Positions 38,831-50,000 of a DNA stretch of 64,000 nucleotides are shown here, in pieces. The notes beneath the pieces were generated by a model. The model did no database searches. It had not been told where the DNA came from and saw only the letters and a program-made list of their open reading frames with translations. Source of the stretch: Candidatus Hecatella orcuttiae. Its GTDB lineage: Archaea; Thermoproteota; Bathyarchaeia; Hecatellales; Hecatellaceae. Position numbers and translations under genes: made by a program. Positions within the stretch are counted from its first letter, which is position 1. Every line of letters begins with the position of its first letter. The DNA lies in NCBI GenBank assembly GCA_002011035.2, contig MTLY02000003.1, positions 224,001 to 288,000 on the forward strand, in the 5' to 3' direction.

Positions 38831-39595
38831 GTGGAAAGCGCCTTAGGCTTGCTGTCGAAGATTTTTCTAGCGGTGCCCCTGTTGGCTGCGAAGCGCATGT
38901 ACCATGAGGCCCGGGACACCTGGAATCCGTATGTCGGCTGCCTGCACGACTGCCTCTACTGCAAGAAATCCTTCCAACGCCAAGTGGCCAGGGTCGGCCG
39001 CATCTTCGGCTGCGAGGGCTGCATCCGCTACCAGCCCCACTTCCACCCTGAGAGGCTGAGCCGCCGGCTGCCCAGGACAGGCCCCGGGCAGTTTATCTTC
39101 GCCTGCGACTGCGGAGACTGGACGTTCGCCCGCCCCGAGTGGAGGGCCGCCGTCCTCCGCCGCATAGCCGAGCTTCCCGACCGTACTTTTCTCATCCAGT
39201 CCAAGAATCCCGCCTGCTTCCAGAAGGACAGCTTCCCCCCCAACGTCATCCTGGGAACGACCATCGAAACCAACCGGGACGAGCTGGGCAGGGCGATCTC
39301 CAAGGCCCCGCCTCCCTCAGCCCGCTACGCCGCGATGGCCACCCTCCGGTGGCCGAGGAAGATGGTCACCGTGGAGCCCATCATGGACTTCGACCCCGAC
39401 ACCCTCCTGCGGTGGGTGAAGGACATCAGCCCCCTCTGCGTCTACGTGGGCTACGACAGCCGCCTCACCGGGCTGCCGGAGCCGCCCCGGGCAAAGACCG
39501 AAGCCTTCATGGCGGCCGTGGAGGAAGCGGGCATCCCGGTGAGGCGGAAGCTCATCAGAGAAGCCCAACCCAGCCGCCCCGGGTTGCGAGGCTAG
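38831..39595 (+). CDS. DUF5131 / phage Gp37-Gp68-like radical-SAM-related protein
   Basis: TWNPYVGCLHDCLYC, FLIQSKNP, NVILGTTIET, VTVEPI. Confidence 0.8.
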   Translation: MESALGLLSKIFLAVPLLAAKRMYHEARDTWNPYVGCLHDCLYCKKSFQRQVARVGRIFGCEGCIRYQPHFHPERLSRRLPRTGPGQFIFACDCGDWTFARPEWRAAVLRRIAELPDRTFLIQSKNPACFQKDSFPPNVILGTTIETNRDELGRAISKAPPPSARYAAMATLRWPRKMVTVEPIMDFDPDTLLRWVKDISPLCVYVGYDSRLTGLPEPPRAKTEAFMAAVEEAGIPVRRKLIREAQPSRPGLRG

Positions 39596-39897
39596 GGTCG
39601 CTTCTTTTTTCGGGGGAGCGGTTTGGCTAAGCTGTTCTTGGTCACGGAGGACAAGGAGCAGACATGGTTTCTGGTCGAAGCTGACTCTGTGGCCAGCTCT
39701 CTAAGGTGGCTGAAGGGAAGGCTTACCGATGCGTAAAGTCTTTACATCAGTGGCAATCTTAACAGTCTTTTTTTAACATGGGGGTCTTCTTTAGCATCGA
39801 TCACCATAAAAGCTAGGGAAATTGCAATTTCAGTGACTTCTTCTTCGGTTAGCTTTAAATTTTTCTCGTTTCCCAACAAGATAAATCCCCTAGGATT

Positions 39898-42456
39898 TTA
39901 ATTAGCTTGATTTAGGGTTATTGCAGGTGTGAAGGTTATATTACTGTTGCCGCCTTCGCTTTTCACTAGAATTCGATGGACTTTACTTGCGTCGATTCCT
40001 TCCAGTTGCGTATGAGTTATTAAAAAGATCTGTCTAAATGACTGATCCTGGATGAGGCTATTCATTACGCTTGGACGGCGCATGTAATCCAAGCTGGCGA
40101 GTGGTTCATCCATAATGAGGCAGTTGATTATCGGTGCTCTCAGTTTTTCTGTTTTGAATGGTCTAACTCTAGCCATCAGTCGGGAGATGGCCATTCGGAG
40201 GGCCAGGCCTAGTGCGACCTTATCGCCGCCACTCAGGTTTCCTCGAAACTTCTGAAAACCATCCATTAGGTCATTTAAAGTTAGGTCTACACCTATAGTT
40301 TCACGTCCACCCCTGACTACATGGGATGTTGAGTATATCTCTTGAACCTGATATCTGCCCGTCGTGAAAGCGAAAAGATAATTGTTGGTAGCATCTTTTA
40401 AAGCGCTGAAGAGGCGTGTCTGAATAATGTACTCTGATATGAAGCCGCCGACGGTTGTCCGAAGGTATCTAACATGTTTAAGTCTTTCTTCTTTCTTTTT
40501 CTTCTCCTTCTCTTTTTGGTTCAGCTGACTGATGGTCTCTTTTAAATATTTTAGCTCTTCCATCTGCTTTTTGACTTCCGCTTTAAGCTCTTTAACTCTC
40601 TCCGCATTATTCTGATAGTCTCTTTCTAATGCAATCCTTAAGTCTCTGAGGCTTTCAAGACTGTCTACTGCAAAGTCCTTTAATATCACCTCAACACTTG
40701 CGTATTTCAAGTCAGCCAGAATATTGTCAAGTTTTGATGTAGCTTCTTTCTTCGCTCTAATTAATTTGTTCCTTTTTCCCAGGTCTCCTTTGATTTCAGT
40801 GGCCGCCTTCTCTATCGCTTTTTGCTCTTTACCTATCTTCTTAGGAATCTCTTTCAAATCTCCCTCAAGTCGTTTTATTTCACTTTCGAGTAGAGCTCTC
40901 ACTGAAATTAGTTCATCAATATTCTGGATCTGATAAGTCTCCAAAAATTTCTCTAAGGATGGAAATCCGATGGATCCAAGTTTGTGTGTGAAGGAATTAT
41001 TTTCTTTTATTAACCTATTACATATCCCTTCGAGTCTCCTAAAGATTGAGAACAGATCGCGTAATGCTTTGCATTCTTTGTTTAGGTCTTTAAGTTTCTT
41101 ATCTGACCGTACTTTCTTTTCCGACATCTCGGCAACCGTTTGTTCAATACCTTTGAGCCGCTTTTCCAGCCTAGAGAGGATGTATTTCCTTTCATCATCT
41201 GAGACCACCGGTCTAAGACATGAGGGGCACTCGCCTTCTTTTTCAAGCCTCTCTGCACTTAATTCTTTAAATTTGACCTCTGCCTTGAGGAGAGCCATGT
41301 TATCTTTAAGCTTCTCTAGTTCTTTCTCAACTTCTTCCAGTTGGGCTTCTCTTTCCTGAAGCTGTTTCTCTACCGTTGGAGTCTCGTCTTTAACCCTGTG
41401 TGGGTGTTCCTCAGGCTTAAAATTTAGTGCTAAGTTCTCGTCTTTTACAAGTTCCTTTATCTGGCTCTGAAGCTCAACAATCTTTTCATGATGCCTATTG
41501 ATCTCCTTTATTTTATCTAGGGTCGGTATGTTCCCTAATTTTTCCGTGGCTCTTCGTAAATCCGCTTCTGCTTTTTCTTTATTTTCTTGTAGAGTTCTTA
41601 GCTCTTTTTCATGCTCGGCTTTTTCATCGGTGGATCGTCTGATCTTCTCCTCTAAATGTCCTAGTTCCTTCTCAGCTTGAGCGACATTATCCAATAGCTC
41701 TTTGATACTAGATATGGTGTCTTTTTCTGGAATTCTTTTAAGCTCAACCTCAATCTCGCGTTGGCTCTTTTCCAGCCGCTTCTTGTGTTCCTCAAGTTCA
41801 GATATCTTCTCTTCAAGTCGTTCCTTATCCCTTTCTTTATCGGGTAGCTTTGCCGTTTCTCGTTCGATCTCATGGATCTCCCTCTCTAAAGCTTTTTCAT
41901 CCTGCAGAAGTATATCGGAGTGTATCTGATCCAATTCGTCGAGGTTGAACAATGTGCTGATAATACTTCGGAGCAGTGTAGGTGGTGCGGTAGCTAGGGA
42001 ATCAACTTCCCCCTGTCGGATGAAGACAGTGTGCAATGCGTTCTCTCTCGATATGCCCATTAATTCTTCAAGCTTAGATTCTACACGTCCGCTACCCTCT
42101 TCCATTACTACGAATTTATCGCCAGAACGTCTGCTCAAAACCGCATCAGCACCTGTCTTTCCCCGCATGTATCTTCTGATAACCTGATATTCCTCACCAC
42201 CCACTTCAAATTCTAATGTTACCTTACATTCAGAGTGTTTCTTTTTCACAAGCTGGTCTTGTTTCTCAACCGGAACCGCAAGTGTTCCCCATAGAGCCCA
42301 TAAAATTGCCTCTATTAGACTGGTCTTGCCGCTCGAGTTTAAGCCTTCAACAACGAAGAGACCTTCAGGAAGACTCTGAGCGAAATCCCCAGAAGGTAGC
42401 TCAATCTTATCGAAAGGCTTAAACCGTTCGGCGATAAGCCTTAAAACCTTCATCAC
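39898..42456 (-). CDS. rad50: Rad50/SbcC-like SMC ATPase
   Basis: GLNSSGKTS, FIRQGE, CPSC zinc hook, LSGGD, MDEP, ITH. Confidence 0.92.
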   Translation of the reverse strand: MMKVLRLIAERFKPFDKIELPSGDFAQSLPEGLFVVEGLNSSGKTSLIEAILWALWGTLAVPVEKQDQLVKKKHSECKVTLEFEVGGEEYQVIRRYMRGKTGADAVLSRRSGDKFVVMEEGSGRVESKLEELMGISRENALHTVFIRQGEVDSLATAPPTLLRSIISTLFNLDELDQIHSDILLQDEKALEREIHEIERETAKLPDKERDKERLEEKISELEEHKKRLEKSQREIEVELKRIPEKDTISSIKELLDNVAQAEKELGHLEEKIRRSTDEKAEHEKELRTLQENKEKAEADLRRATEKLGNIPTLDKIKEINRHHEKIVELQSQIKELVKDENLALNFKPEEHPHRVKDETPTVEKQLQEREAQLEEVEKELEKLKDNMALLKAEVKFKELSAERLEKEGECPSCLRPVVSDDERKYILSRLEKRLKGIEQTVAEMSEKKVRSDKKLKDLNKECKALRDLFSIFRRLEGICNRLIKENNSFTHKLGSIGFPSLEKFLETYQIQNIDELISVRALLESEIKRLEGDLKEIPKKIGKEQKAIEKAATEIKGDLGKRNKLIRAKKEATSKLDNILADLKYASVEVILKDFAVDSLESLRDLRIALERDYQNNAERVKELKAEVKKQMEELKYLKETISQLNQKEKEKKKKEERLKHVRYLRTTVGGFISEYIIQTRLFSALKDATNNYLFAFTTGRYQVQEIYSTSHVVRGGRETIGVDLTLNDLMDGFQKFRGNLSGGDKVALGLALRMAISRLMARVRPFKTEKLRAPIINCLIMDEPLASLDYMRRPSVMNSLIQDQSFRQIFLITHTQLEGIDASKVHRILVKSEGGNSNITFTPAITLNQAN

Positions 42457-43708
42457 TTTTCCTCCATTTTTTCATTGCCTCGACGAAGAGTTCAGTCAGC
42501 AGATTTAGGTTGTACTCCTTGGGAATGAGGTTCTTTTTCCTCTTTTCTTCTATGTAGTTTTTGAAGTCCTTCGCGGGATCTTCTATCAGATACTCTATGT
42601 CCACATAACTGATGCTGGGTGGTAAGGTTGAAGCCTTTATGGGTGGTCGGCCAATTTTTAGTTGAATTATATTCAGGTTCCTGTCTGAAAGCCCTTTATT
42701 ATATGCATAGTCGATTGCCTCAGAAATTTGGGTCACATTTCTACCAGATATTTCCCCTTCTAATGCTATCCTTACCCGCGCGGCCGTTTCGTAATCGTAC
42801 GGTTTTCTAAAGCCCAGATTATCCAGTAGGTTAAAGATTCTCTTTACGATATCATGGGAAGAATCGTCAAGCTGAACTTGAACCGTTTCATTTACCATAG
42901 GTCTTGGCAGAGTTAAATGGACTTGTCTAATATCCGGTGCTTTATCCTTGTCTGCTTGAACGATGAGAAAACCTTTCTTATGGTCTTTCTCGTCGAATTT
43001 CCATCTCTCCGTCGAGCCAGAAAACCATGCCTTTTCTGTGACGCGACGCATACAGTGTTCATGTCCAAGGGCAATATAGTCGAATTCCATATTTAGAATA
43101 GTTTGGTCAAGAGTTCCATCAATTGGAGAGCCGTGGGCTATCGCTATATTAATTTTGTCTTTGTCTAGTTTTATGCTCTTGAGCCACTGCTGGTACTCTT
43201 CATACAAACCTATGGTTTCAAGAGTTGATGGTTCAATGTATGGAAACGCATAAACTCTAACTTCATCTTTTATATCAGCATATAATGGTTGCTTTTCACG
43301 GAATGTCTCTCTGAAACTCCAGTAAGTAAAAGCTCGTGTGTTATCGAAGGCGATAGCATACTCGTCCAATGTAGAATGCTTATATTCGACGTAACGACCA
43401 TGATTTCCGTCGATGATTACAATGGGTATGTTTGCTGATTGGAGGTCTCTAAATGCTTTTGCAACAATTTTTCTAGCCATCTCTGGCGGAGGATAGGGAT
43501 TGTATGACCATGGAGAATCGAATAAGTCTCCAGAGTGAATAACGAGGTCAATCTCATCTTTCCGGTCAACAATCTCTTTTACAGTCATTTCCAATGCCTT
43601 GTAGAAGTCGTCCTCAACAGGACGAACTTCTTGCCCTATTGTTCCAGGTCTCACATCATCGGGTCTATGGCCCAGATGGGTATCGGAAACATGAGCTATG
43701 ACTACCAA
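42419..43708 (-). CDS. mre11: Mre11/SbcD-like nuclease
   Basis: HVSDTHLG, HSGDLFD, DGNH, ALGHEH, SGSTER. Confidence 0.92.
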   Translation of the reverse strand: MVVIAHVSDTHLGHRPDDVRPGTIGQEVRPVEDDFYKALEMTVKEIVDRKDEIDLVIHSGDLFDSPWSYNPYPPPEMARKIVAKAFRDLQSANIPIVIIDGNHGRYVEYKHSTLDEYAIAFDNTRAFTYWSFRETFREKQPLYADIKDEVRVYAFPYIEPSTLETIGLYEEYQQWLKSIKLDKDKINIAIAHGSPIDGTLDQTILNMEFDYIALGHEHCMRRVTEKAWFSGSTERWKFDEKDHKKGFLIVQADKDKAPDIRQVHLTLPRPMVNETVQVQLDDSSHDIVKRIFNLLDNLGFRKPYDYETAARVRIALEGEISGRNVTQISEAIDYAYNKGLSDRNLNIIQLKIGRPPIKASTLPPSISYVDIEYLIEDPAKDFKNYIEEKRKKNLIPKEYNLNLLTELFVEAMKKWRKSDEGFKAYRRTV

Positions 43709-43729
43709 AATTTATACCTCCCTAATTAG

Positions 43730-45499
43730 TTATAACACGGTTTTTGACCTTACCGGAGTTCCAGCCTTTGTCTGATACAGGGTCCTAGTCTTTTCATAGA
43801 GCGAGTCGAAAAGGGGTGTATAGATGACTAGTGGAGTATCTCGGTAACTTGCTGTTAGAATGATTTCACCTTTACCCAGAACTTTAAATTCGTTTTCAAA
43901 GCCGGTAATATCTTTGCTTGCATTAGAGATTGCTGCCCTTATCTCGTCTGCACTTGTTAAAGACATATTGAACTGTGTATTAATGCAGGATAAGATAATG
44001 TTATCCAGGGCTGTAACCTGCTGACTAATAACCGCCAAACCTAGCCGAAACTTTCGGCCCTGTCGGGCTATATCCTTGTATATGTTTTCAAACCTCATTA
44101 TACGAGGTGTCAGAACCGATGGGGCTTCTTCTACCGTTATCAGAATGGGAGGCAACTCGTCTATTCTCCTCATTTCTTGTTCATCTTTGGAGTAATATTT
44201 CTTGGCTATGGACTGCCCTTTATTTCCGACAAAGTGTTCCCTAAACGTTCGTGGAATTCTTCTCTTCAGAATTTGGGCTTTAAATTCGCTCCAATTTGTT
44301 GACGATTTGACAGCCTTTCTTAATTCAAAAATGGTCCTTGCGATTACTGTTGTGGAGAGGAATTGTTCTAAATCCGAAAGGAGGCTGGTGTTGAATATAA
44401 GAATTCTGCCCTGCTCCAAGGCTTCAATTATCTTTATTAAAGTTGATTGTTCTGGGTTATCTACAAAGATGGCTGAACGTCTCACGAATTCCAGCCGCCT
44501 TTCTACGGCATTTATTGTTACATCAGGATATCGACCGCTAAAGTCTTCACCTATTTGGGTAATCCAATTTTCGTGGAAGTGTGCATACAGAGCGTTCATG
44601 TAACTGACCATTTGGTCGCTGACTTCCATGATTGAGGTGATGTCCAGCGGTAATATTTCTTGGTAGGCAATTCTTACATCTAATGACAACCTTCGAACGG
44701 CCTCAGCTGCCGTTTCACGGTGGGGTGTAAGGTAATAAAAGTCTTTGAAGAGTTCTCTTTTCGCTTCATCAGGCATTGAGTCTACAATAGACTGTATCCC
44801 ATATTTTCTGATTCCCAAAGCAAACTCATCGTGGGGGTCTATGGCCAGCATTGAAGCTCTCTTACTATCACCACTCTGCCAAGACTTGAAGTTAAAGTCT
44901 ACCACCGATTTTAGGAAAACTAGGAGGAAATTTGACTTTCCAGCGCCCGTAGTTCCAAAGATCCCTATATGTGTTGAGATGTGTTCTAACGGCAGATTTA
45001 CTCTGACATTTAACACCTCTTCGCCTGCTAACAGGCTTCCTACAAAGATCTCTCCTTTCAGTTGACTGGATAGGATCTGTTCGATGGGTCTGTCACTTTT
45101 GTTAGGAATAGGCCGATAAATTATGGCAAAGTGTTCTGGAAGACGCCTAGGCATTTTAAAGTCCCATGAATGAGAACCTTCACCGCCAGCTTCAGCATAT
45201 CCGAGTAGTTTCCCTGTAAGGTAAAGAAGTTTCTCTTTCTCAGCGCTGGCTAGATAGGCATCTCCCTCTACCACAAGAGTATCTGCGACCTTGCTTAACT
45301 CCCTTATCCGTCTTAGAATATTTATACAATCCATAGCGCGAAACAGAAAGATTCTCTTTCGACCTCCTCGTGTTGAGGGGATGAGGAACAATTCGCCTAC
45401 GGCAACATCTTCATTTTTGGCTGATAAAGCCAATTCTGTGACTGAGCTCTCTGCTAATCTACCAAATCCTTCTGCCCATTTATCTATATCAAAACTCAT
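43730..45499 (-). CDS. herA: HerA-family ATPase/helicase
   Basis: HIGIFGTTGAGKS, IDPHDE, VEEAP, ARQGRKFRLG..SQQ. Confidence 0.92.
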   Translation of the reverse strand: MSFDIDKWAEGFGRLAESSVTELALSAKNEDVAVGELFLIPSTRGGRKRIFLFRAMDCINILRRIRELSKVADTLVVEGDAYLASAEKEKLLYLTGKLLGYAEAGGEGSHSWDFKMPRRLPEHFAIIYRPIPNKSDRPIEQILSSQLKGEIFVGSLLAGEEVLNVRVNLPLEHISTHIGIFGTTGAGKSNFLLVFLKSVVDFNFKSWQSGDSKRASMLAIDPHDEFALGIRKYGIQSIVDSMPDEAKRELFKDFYYLTPHRETAAEAVRRLSLDVRIAYQEILPLDITSIMEVSDQMVSYMNALYAHFHENWITQIGEDFSGRYPDVTINAVERRLEFVRRSAIFVDNPEQSTLIKIIEALEQGRILIFNTSLLSDLEQFLSTTVIARTIFELRKAVKSSTNWSEFKAQILKRRIPRTFREHFVGNKGQSIAKKYYSKDEQEMRRIDELPPILITVEEAPSVLTPRIMRFENIYKDIARQGRKFRLGLAVISQQVTALDNIILSCINTQFNMSLTSADEIRAAISNASKDITGFENEFKVLGKGEIILTASYRDTPLVIYTPLFDSLYEKTRTLYQTKAGTPVRSKTVL

Positions 45500-45501
45500 T
45501 T

Positions 45502-46770
45502 TTATTCAAGTCCTATTCTTCGTCTAGGATTTAAGAGGGATTCCTCAGAAAAACCCTCTTCTTTACCTATTTCGATAACTCTCTCATAGAATAGATCTCT
45601 GTCCTCTCTAGTTAGGCTGCAGGATAGATGTGCAAAAGCTGGAGGACAAGGATAACCATACCATCTTGCGTCATGGGACATGAAGTCTATCTCTCGGAAA
45701 ATATTGATTTCATTCATTCGCATCTTTTCCGCGTTATTATCATAAATCTTTGACTCCCACCACCTACGGTCAAAGTCCACCCTAAACGCGGGCATTGAGC
45801 TGGTGAAGCTGAAAAGATACGTTACACCTAATTCGGGGGGTATGCGTCGCTTCCGACATATTTTCAACTTTCCACCAGGGTCATCATTTCCGGGAATCCT
45901 ACAAAACCAGTGAGCGTCGGGTCCATACTTCCTTCTCGCAAGTTGGATTATTTTCTCACCACCTGGGATCGTATGAGACTTACTGAGAGCCATAACAATT
46001 ACGCCTTCTTTTCGAGCCCTGAAGCACAAATCCCTCAACATATAATCATGGAGAAGGTGAGGGTAATCATATCTGGCCGGGAAGAGAAGAGTAAGAGTTG
46101 TGTCCAGTATCACGTATTTTAGGTTAAGGTTCGAGTCTAACGCCCTCTTTGCCATCGAAATTTCCGCAGACCACCTAAGCATGTCAAGTATTCTCTCAGG
46201 AAGATGAACTGGTGGACTGATAACGAAGTCGCTTATGTCTGATTTTCCATATTTCCTTAAAATTTTGTCAACCGAATCTAACTTACCCTTTGTATAGTCG
46301 ATGAAGTATGGGACCAACAAGTTATTCAAGTCATTGATCAGATAGACACGTTTCACATAATCAACAAAGTTTTGCCATAGAACATCCTCATCAAAAGACG
46401 ACCAGAAGGCCACGGTTAACCTTCCACCATCAGGAATATACCCTTGGTTCCTTAACTCTTTCAGCTCCATTATTCGACCATCATTTGTTCCCGTATTGTG
46501 AACCGTTAACCCCACAGTTATTAGATACAGGAAGACATCCTCATATTGAACTACTGGAGCCATACCACTTCCATCAACAGCCCCTATCAGAAAATCATTT
46601 TCAAATTTGTACCCTGATGGAAAGGGCTTAAAACTAACTAAAAGCTCTTCAATCCTCTGAAGATCGCTGTCAAATAGATTTGCCTGAGCTATGTCACGAT
46701 TCTTAATTTGGCGATAAGCAGACCGAACTTCATTTTCAAAGTCGGACGCGAAAGCCCGATCTGAAATCAT
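45502..46770 (-). CDS. nurA: NurA-family nuclease
   Basis: GAVDGS, AEI..VILD, ALSKS, GYPCPPAFAH. Confidence 0.85.
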   Translation of the reverse strand: MISDRAFASDFENEVRSAYRQIKNRDIAQANLFDSDLQRIEELLVSFKPFPSGYKFENDFLIGAVDGSGMAPVVQYEDVFLYLITVGLTVHNTGTNDGRIMELKELRNQGYIPDGGRLTVAFWSSFDEDVLWQNFVDYVKRVYLINDLNNLLVPYFIDYTKGKLDSVDKILRKYGKSDISDFVISPPVHLPERILDMLRWSAEISMAKRALDSNLNLKYVILDTTLTLLFPARYDYPHLLHDYMLRDLCFRARKEGVIVMALSKSHTIPGGEKIIQLARRKYGPDAHWFCRIPGNDDPGGKLKICRKRRIPPELGVTYLFSFTSSMPAFRVDFDRRWWESKIYDNNAEKMRMNEINIFREIDFMSHDARWYGYPCPPAFAHLSCSLTREDRDLFYERVIEIGKEEGFSEESLLNPRRRIGLE

Positions 46771-46860
46771 TAAAGGAACCCTTCTTCTAAGGCTTGACCC
46801 ATAGATATATTAAGTTTTGATGATATTTATAATTAAAGGTACCATAGATTGGTGCTATCT

Positions 46861-47064
46861 ATGGTTAGCAAATACGAAAAAATAATCTATGAGATGCTTA
46901 GCTCAGAGCCAATAACCCCTAATGAAATTGCCCAAAAACTAAAAATAACGTATAAGACTGCTCAGAGAGCACTATTACATCTAGCGCTTACAAAGGAAGA
47001 TATTGGATACAGAAACTCGGGGCGCATACACATTTTCTGGAAGAAAGACTTAGCAGAAGACTAA
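46861..47064 (+). CDS. Small winged-HTH regulator
   Basis: PITPNEIAQKLKITYKTAQRALLHL. Confidence 0.8.
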   Translation: MVSKYEKIIYEMLSSEPITPNEIAQKLKITYKTAQRALLHLALTKEDIGYRNSGRIHIFWKKDLAED

Positions 47065-47088
47065 ATTGAAGGTGAGGTTGAGCCCATC

Positions 47089-50000
47089 TTGGAAATTTTA
47101 GATAGACTTAAGAACAACATTTTTGAAGATGCATTATCATTTGACCTTCGTACCCAGGCAGAGTATTTATCTCTTACTCGAGATGTTGATTATCCTTTCT
47201 CGGCGTTAACCTCAAAGGCAAAACTATTGCCTCATCAAGTTGGAGTTGCCCATAAGGTCTTGAGCAGTATCAGGTCCGGCAGCCTATTGGCGGATGAAGT
47301 AGGGCTTGGAAAAACGATCGAGGCCGGCATGATTCTTAAGGAGTACTTATGTCGAAAGCAGATTAAGAAGATTCTAATACTAACTCCGGCGTCACTCACA
47401 ACTCAGTGGCGTGACGAATTGAAATCGAAATTTGACGAAGGTTTCGTCATATATGATCAAGAAACGAGGAAAAATCTAGAGAGACGGCATGAAAACATTT
47501 GGAAAGCATATGACAAGGTTATTTGCTCAATAGATACAGCTAAACAACAACGTTACCGGAAGGATATAGTAACCGTCAACTGGGATATTATAATAGTTGA
47601 TGAGGCTCATAAATTAAAGAACAGGAAAACCGAGAACTATAAGCTCTTAGAGGACTTACCTAAAAACCGCGTCTTTTTTCTGACCGCAACTCCGCTTCAA
47701 AATAAGCTAGAAGAGTTATATAATCTAATTAGCCTAATAGATGAGAAACTACTTGGAACGTATGACTCTTTCTCGATGAGATTTGTTGACGATACAAAAG
47801 GCTTGGTTCCTAATAATTTTGATGATTTGAAGCAACGTCTCCAAAAAGTAATGATTAGAAACAGGAGAAAAGATGTTTTTGGTGTAAGGTTCACGCAACG
47901 TTTTGGTGAAACAATTCCGTTTGAGTTGACTCCGGAAGAAAGAAGGCTGTACGACGAAGTGACAAAGTATGTCAAACAAGAATACTTGAAGGCTATGGAG
48001 CAGAACAAAGCTGGAAGAGGGTTTCTGCTCATTATCATGCAAAGAATGGTCTGTAGTAGTAGCTTCGCCATAAGAGATTCGTTAGGGCGTCGAATTCAAC
48101 GTCTGGTAAAGATCTCTAAAGAGTATGACATAGTGCCTAAGCAACCTTCTCTGACGAGCATCAGCCACCCATATTTTGAGGCTTTAGGCGTAAATCATAC
48201 TGCCACTAAAGATGAGATAAAAGCTGCTTATCGAACTTTGGCAAAGGAATACCATCCAGATATTTCGCCGCTACCTAAAGATGTTGCAGAGGAAAAGTTT
48301 AAGGAAATATCAGAGGCCTATGAGACGCTGACCGACGACAACAAAAGGAAGCGACTTATTGAGGAGCATGAGGATGCCGATATAAGTGATATCGCAAAAA
48401 ATTTCACTCTGCTTCAGATGGAGCTAGAAAAACTTAATCAACTTTATGAATTAGCAAGCAAAATCACCAAGAACAGCAAAGGCGAAAAACTTATTGAGGC
48501 CCTCGAAGCGTTGAAGCGAGAAGAGCCAAACGAGAAAGTTCTTATATATACCGAATTCAGGTCAACACAAAGGTACCTTTATGAGCTTTTGACCTCAAAA
48601 GGCTATGAAGTCGCAATATTCAACGGCTCAATGAGTGTAGAAGAAAAGGATGAAGCAGTTAAGCAATGGCGTGAGAACAAACAGATAATGGTCTCAACTG
48701 AATGTGGAGGAGAAGGAAGGAACTTTCAGTTCTGCCACATAATGTTTAACTACGACCTTCCTTGGAATCCTATGAGAGTGGAACAGAGGATAGGTAGAAT
48801 TCATCGGATAGGACAGGAGAAGAATGTGAAAATATTCAACTTCTCAACTAAAGAAACCATCGAAGAGTATGTGTTAGAATTACTCGAGACAAAGATTCAA
48901 CTGTTCAAGGAAGTTATCGGTGAGCTTGATCTAATACTAGGCGATATAGTCGAGGATGCCAATCTTGAGAGGGTGATAATGGAAATCTTAGTTAAGGCTA
49001 AGACTTCCCAAGAGTTGAAGGAGAACTTCGAAGAGCTTGGCAGAAAGATACAGATAGCAAGAGAAGAGTTTAAGAAGGGTCTTAAAGACCTCGATGAAAG
49101 GGTTTATGCCGGGTTTGACCTCTCAGTTTATCGCCGAGTGATGGGAACTGAGCTTGAAAATCTAGTAATGAAAGAGAGAATAGTCATAAAACGTTTTTTC
49201 CTAAACTATTTAAAGAGTAAAAATTTAGACTTTAGATATCTAGAGCCGGAAGAAGCAGTTATATTCCAGATACCAGAGGAGTTTAAAAATATTATAAGTG
49301 ATTTTGCGCAGAAGCAACGTCAATTTTACCTTAGAGAGCGAGATAGATTTTATGAATTGCTGGAAAAACCGCTTGAAATAGCTAAAGATATTCATGGGTT
49401 TATAGAGGATTGCGTGTGTAAGCTATGTAGTGGTCATACGATAAAATCCTGTTTCAATTGTTCAATTCATACGTATTTAGAGAATGTTGCCTTCCATGCG
49501 AATGCAGGATTTACTTCTATTCTGAAAAATGACCTTGACTATGTAACTTCTAATCGCTTTCGAGAGGATGTAGAAGGAAGAATTCTCAGAGGCAAGATCA
49601 AGGCTAGAGCTACATTTTCACCTGAAGTTGCACAGCAAGAAAACATTGAGTTGATCACTATTGGAAACAGGTTAGTCGAAAATGCGATTGAGGAATGCAA
49701 AAAGAAAGGACTGACCACCAAAAAACTGATAGACCTAAGCAAACATACGCTTAGAGGGTTTGAAAAATACAGTGGATTAAGAGGAATATTATTTAATTTT
49801 AAGGTTTCTTTCGAATCCTTCGATAAGAAAGAAGAGTTAATTCCAATTGTGATCGATTTAGACCATATGAAATATGAAGAAGAACTCTCAGGTGAGGTTA
49901 ATTGGCTTTATAGCACCGAGCTTTTAGACCAAATTGCCATTAAATCAGATGAAGTCGACGAGGCCTATCAATTGGCGGTAAACGAGTTAAACACTAAGGT

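Larger units (their letters stand above)
20170..39620 (+). repeat. Dispersed intergenic motif (Y)nTTCGGGG(R), about 37 copies, mostly ~5-12 nt before a start codon
   Basis: Examples near 20781, 21536, 21751, 22113, 23045, 23391, 24437, 25711, 26222, 28043, 31941, 32545, 35505, 38816, 39606; all on the plus strand. Confidence 0.92.

Noticed and set aside
20170-39620. Classical integron (attC) interpretation of the array
   Set aside because: No GTTRRRY/RYYYAAC paired sites or attC-length palindromes, and no evidence that either recombinase is IntI-like
20170-39620. Motif as a simple C(UUCG)G tetraloop hairpin
   Set aside because: Only some copies have a C-run able to form a stem; many would rely on U-G pairs only, so it is not a general explanation
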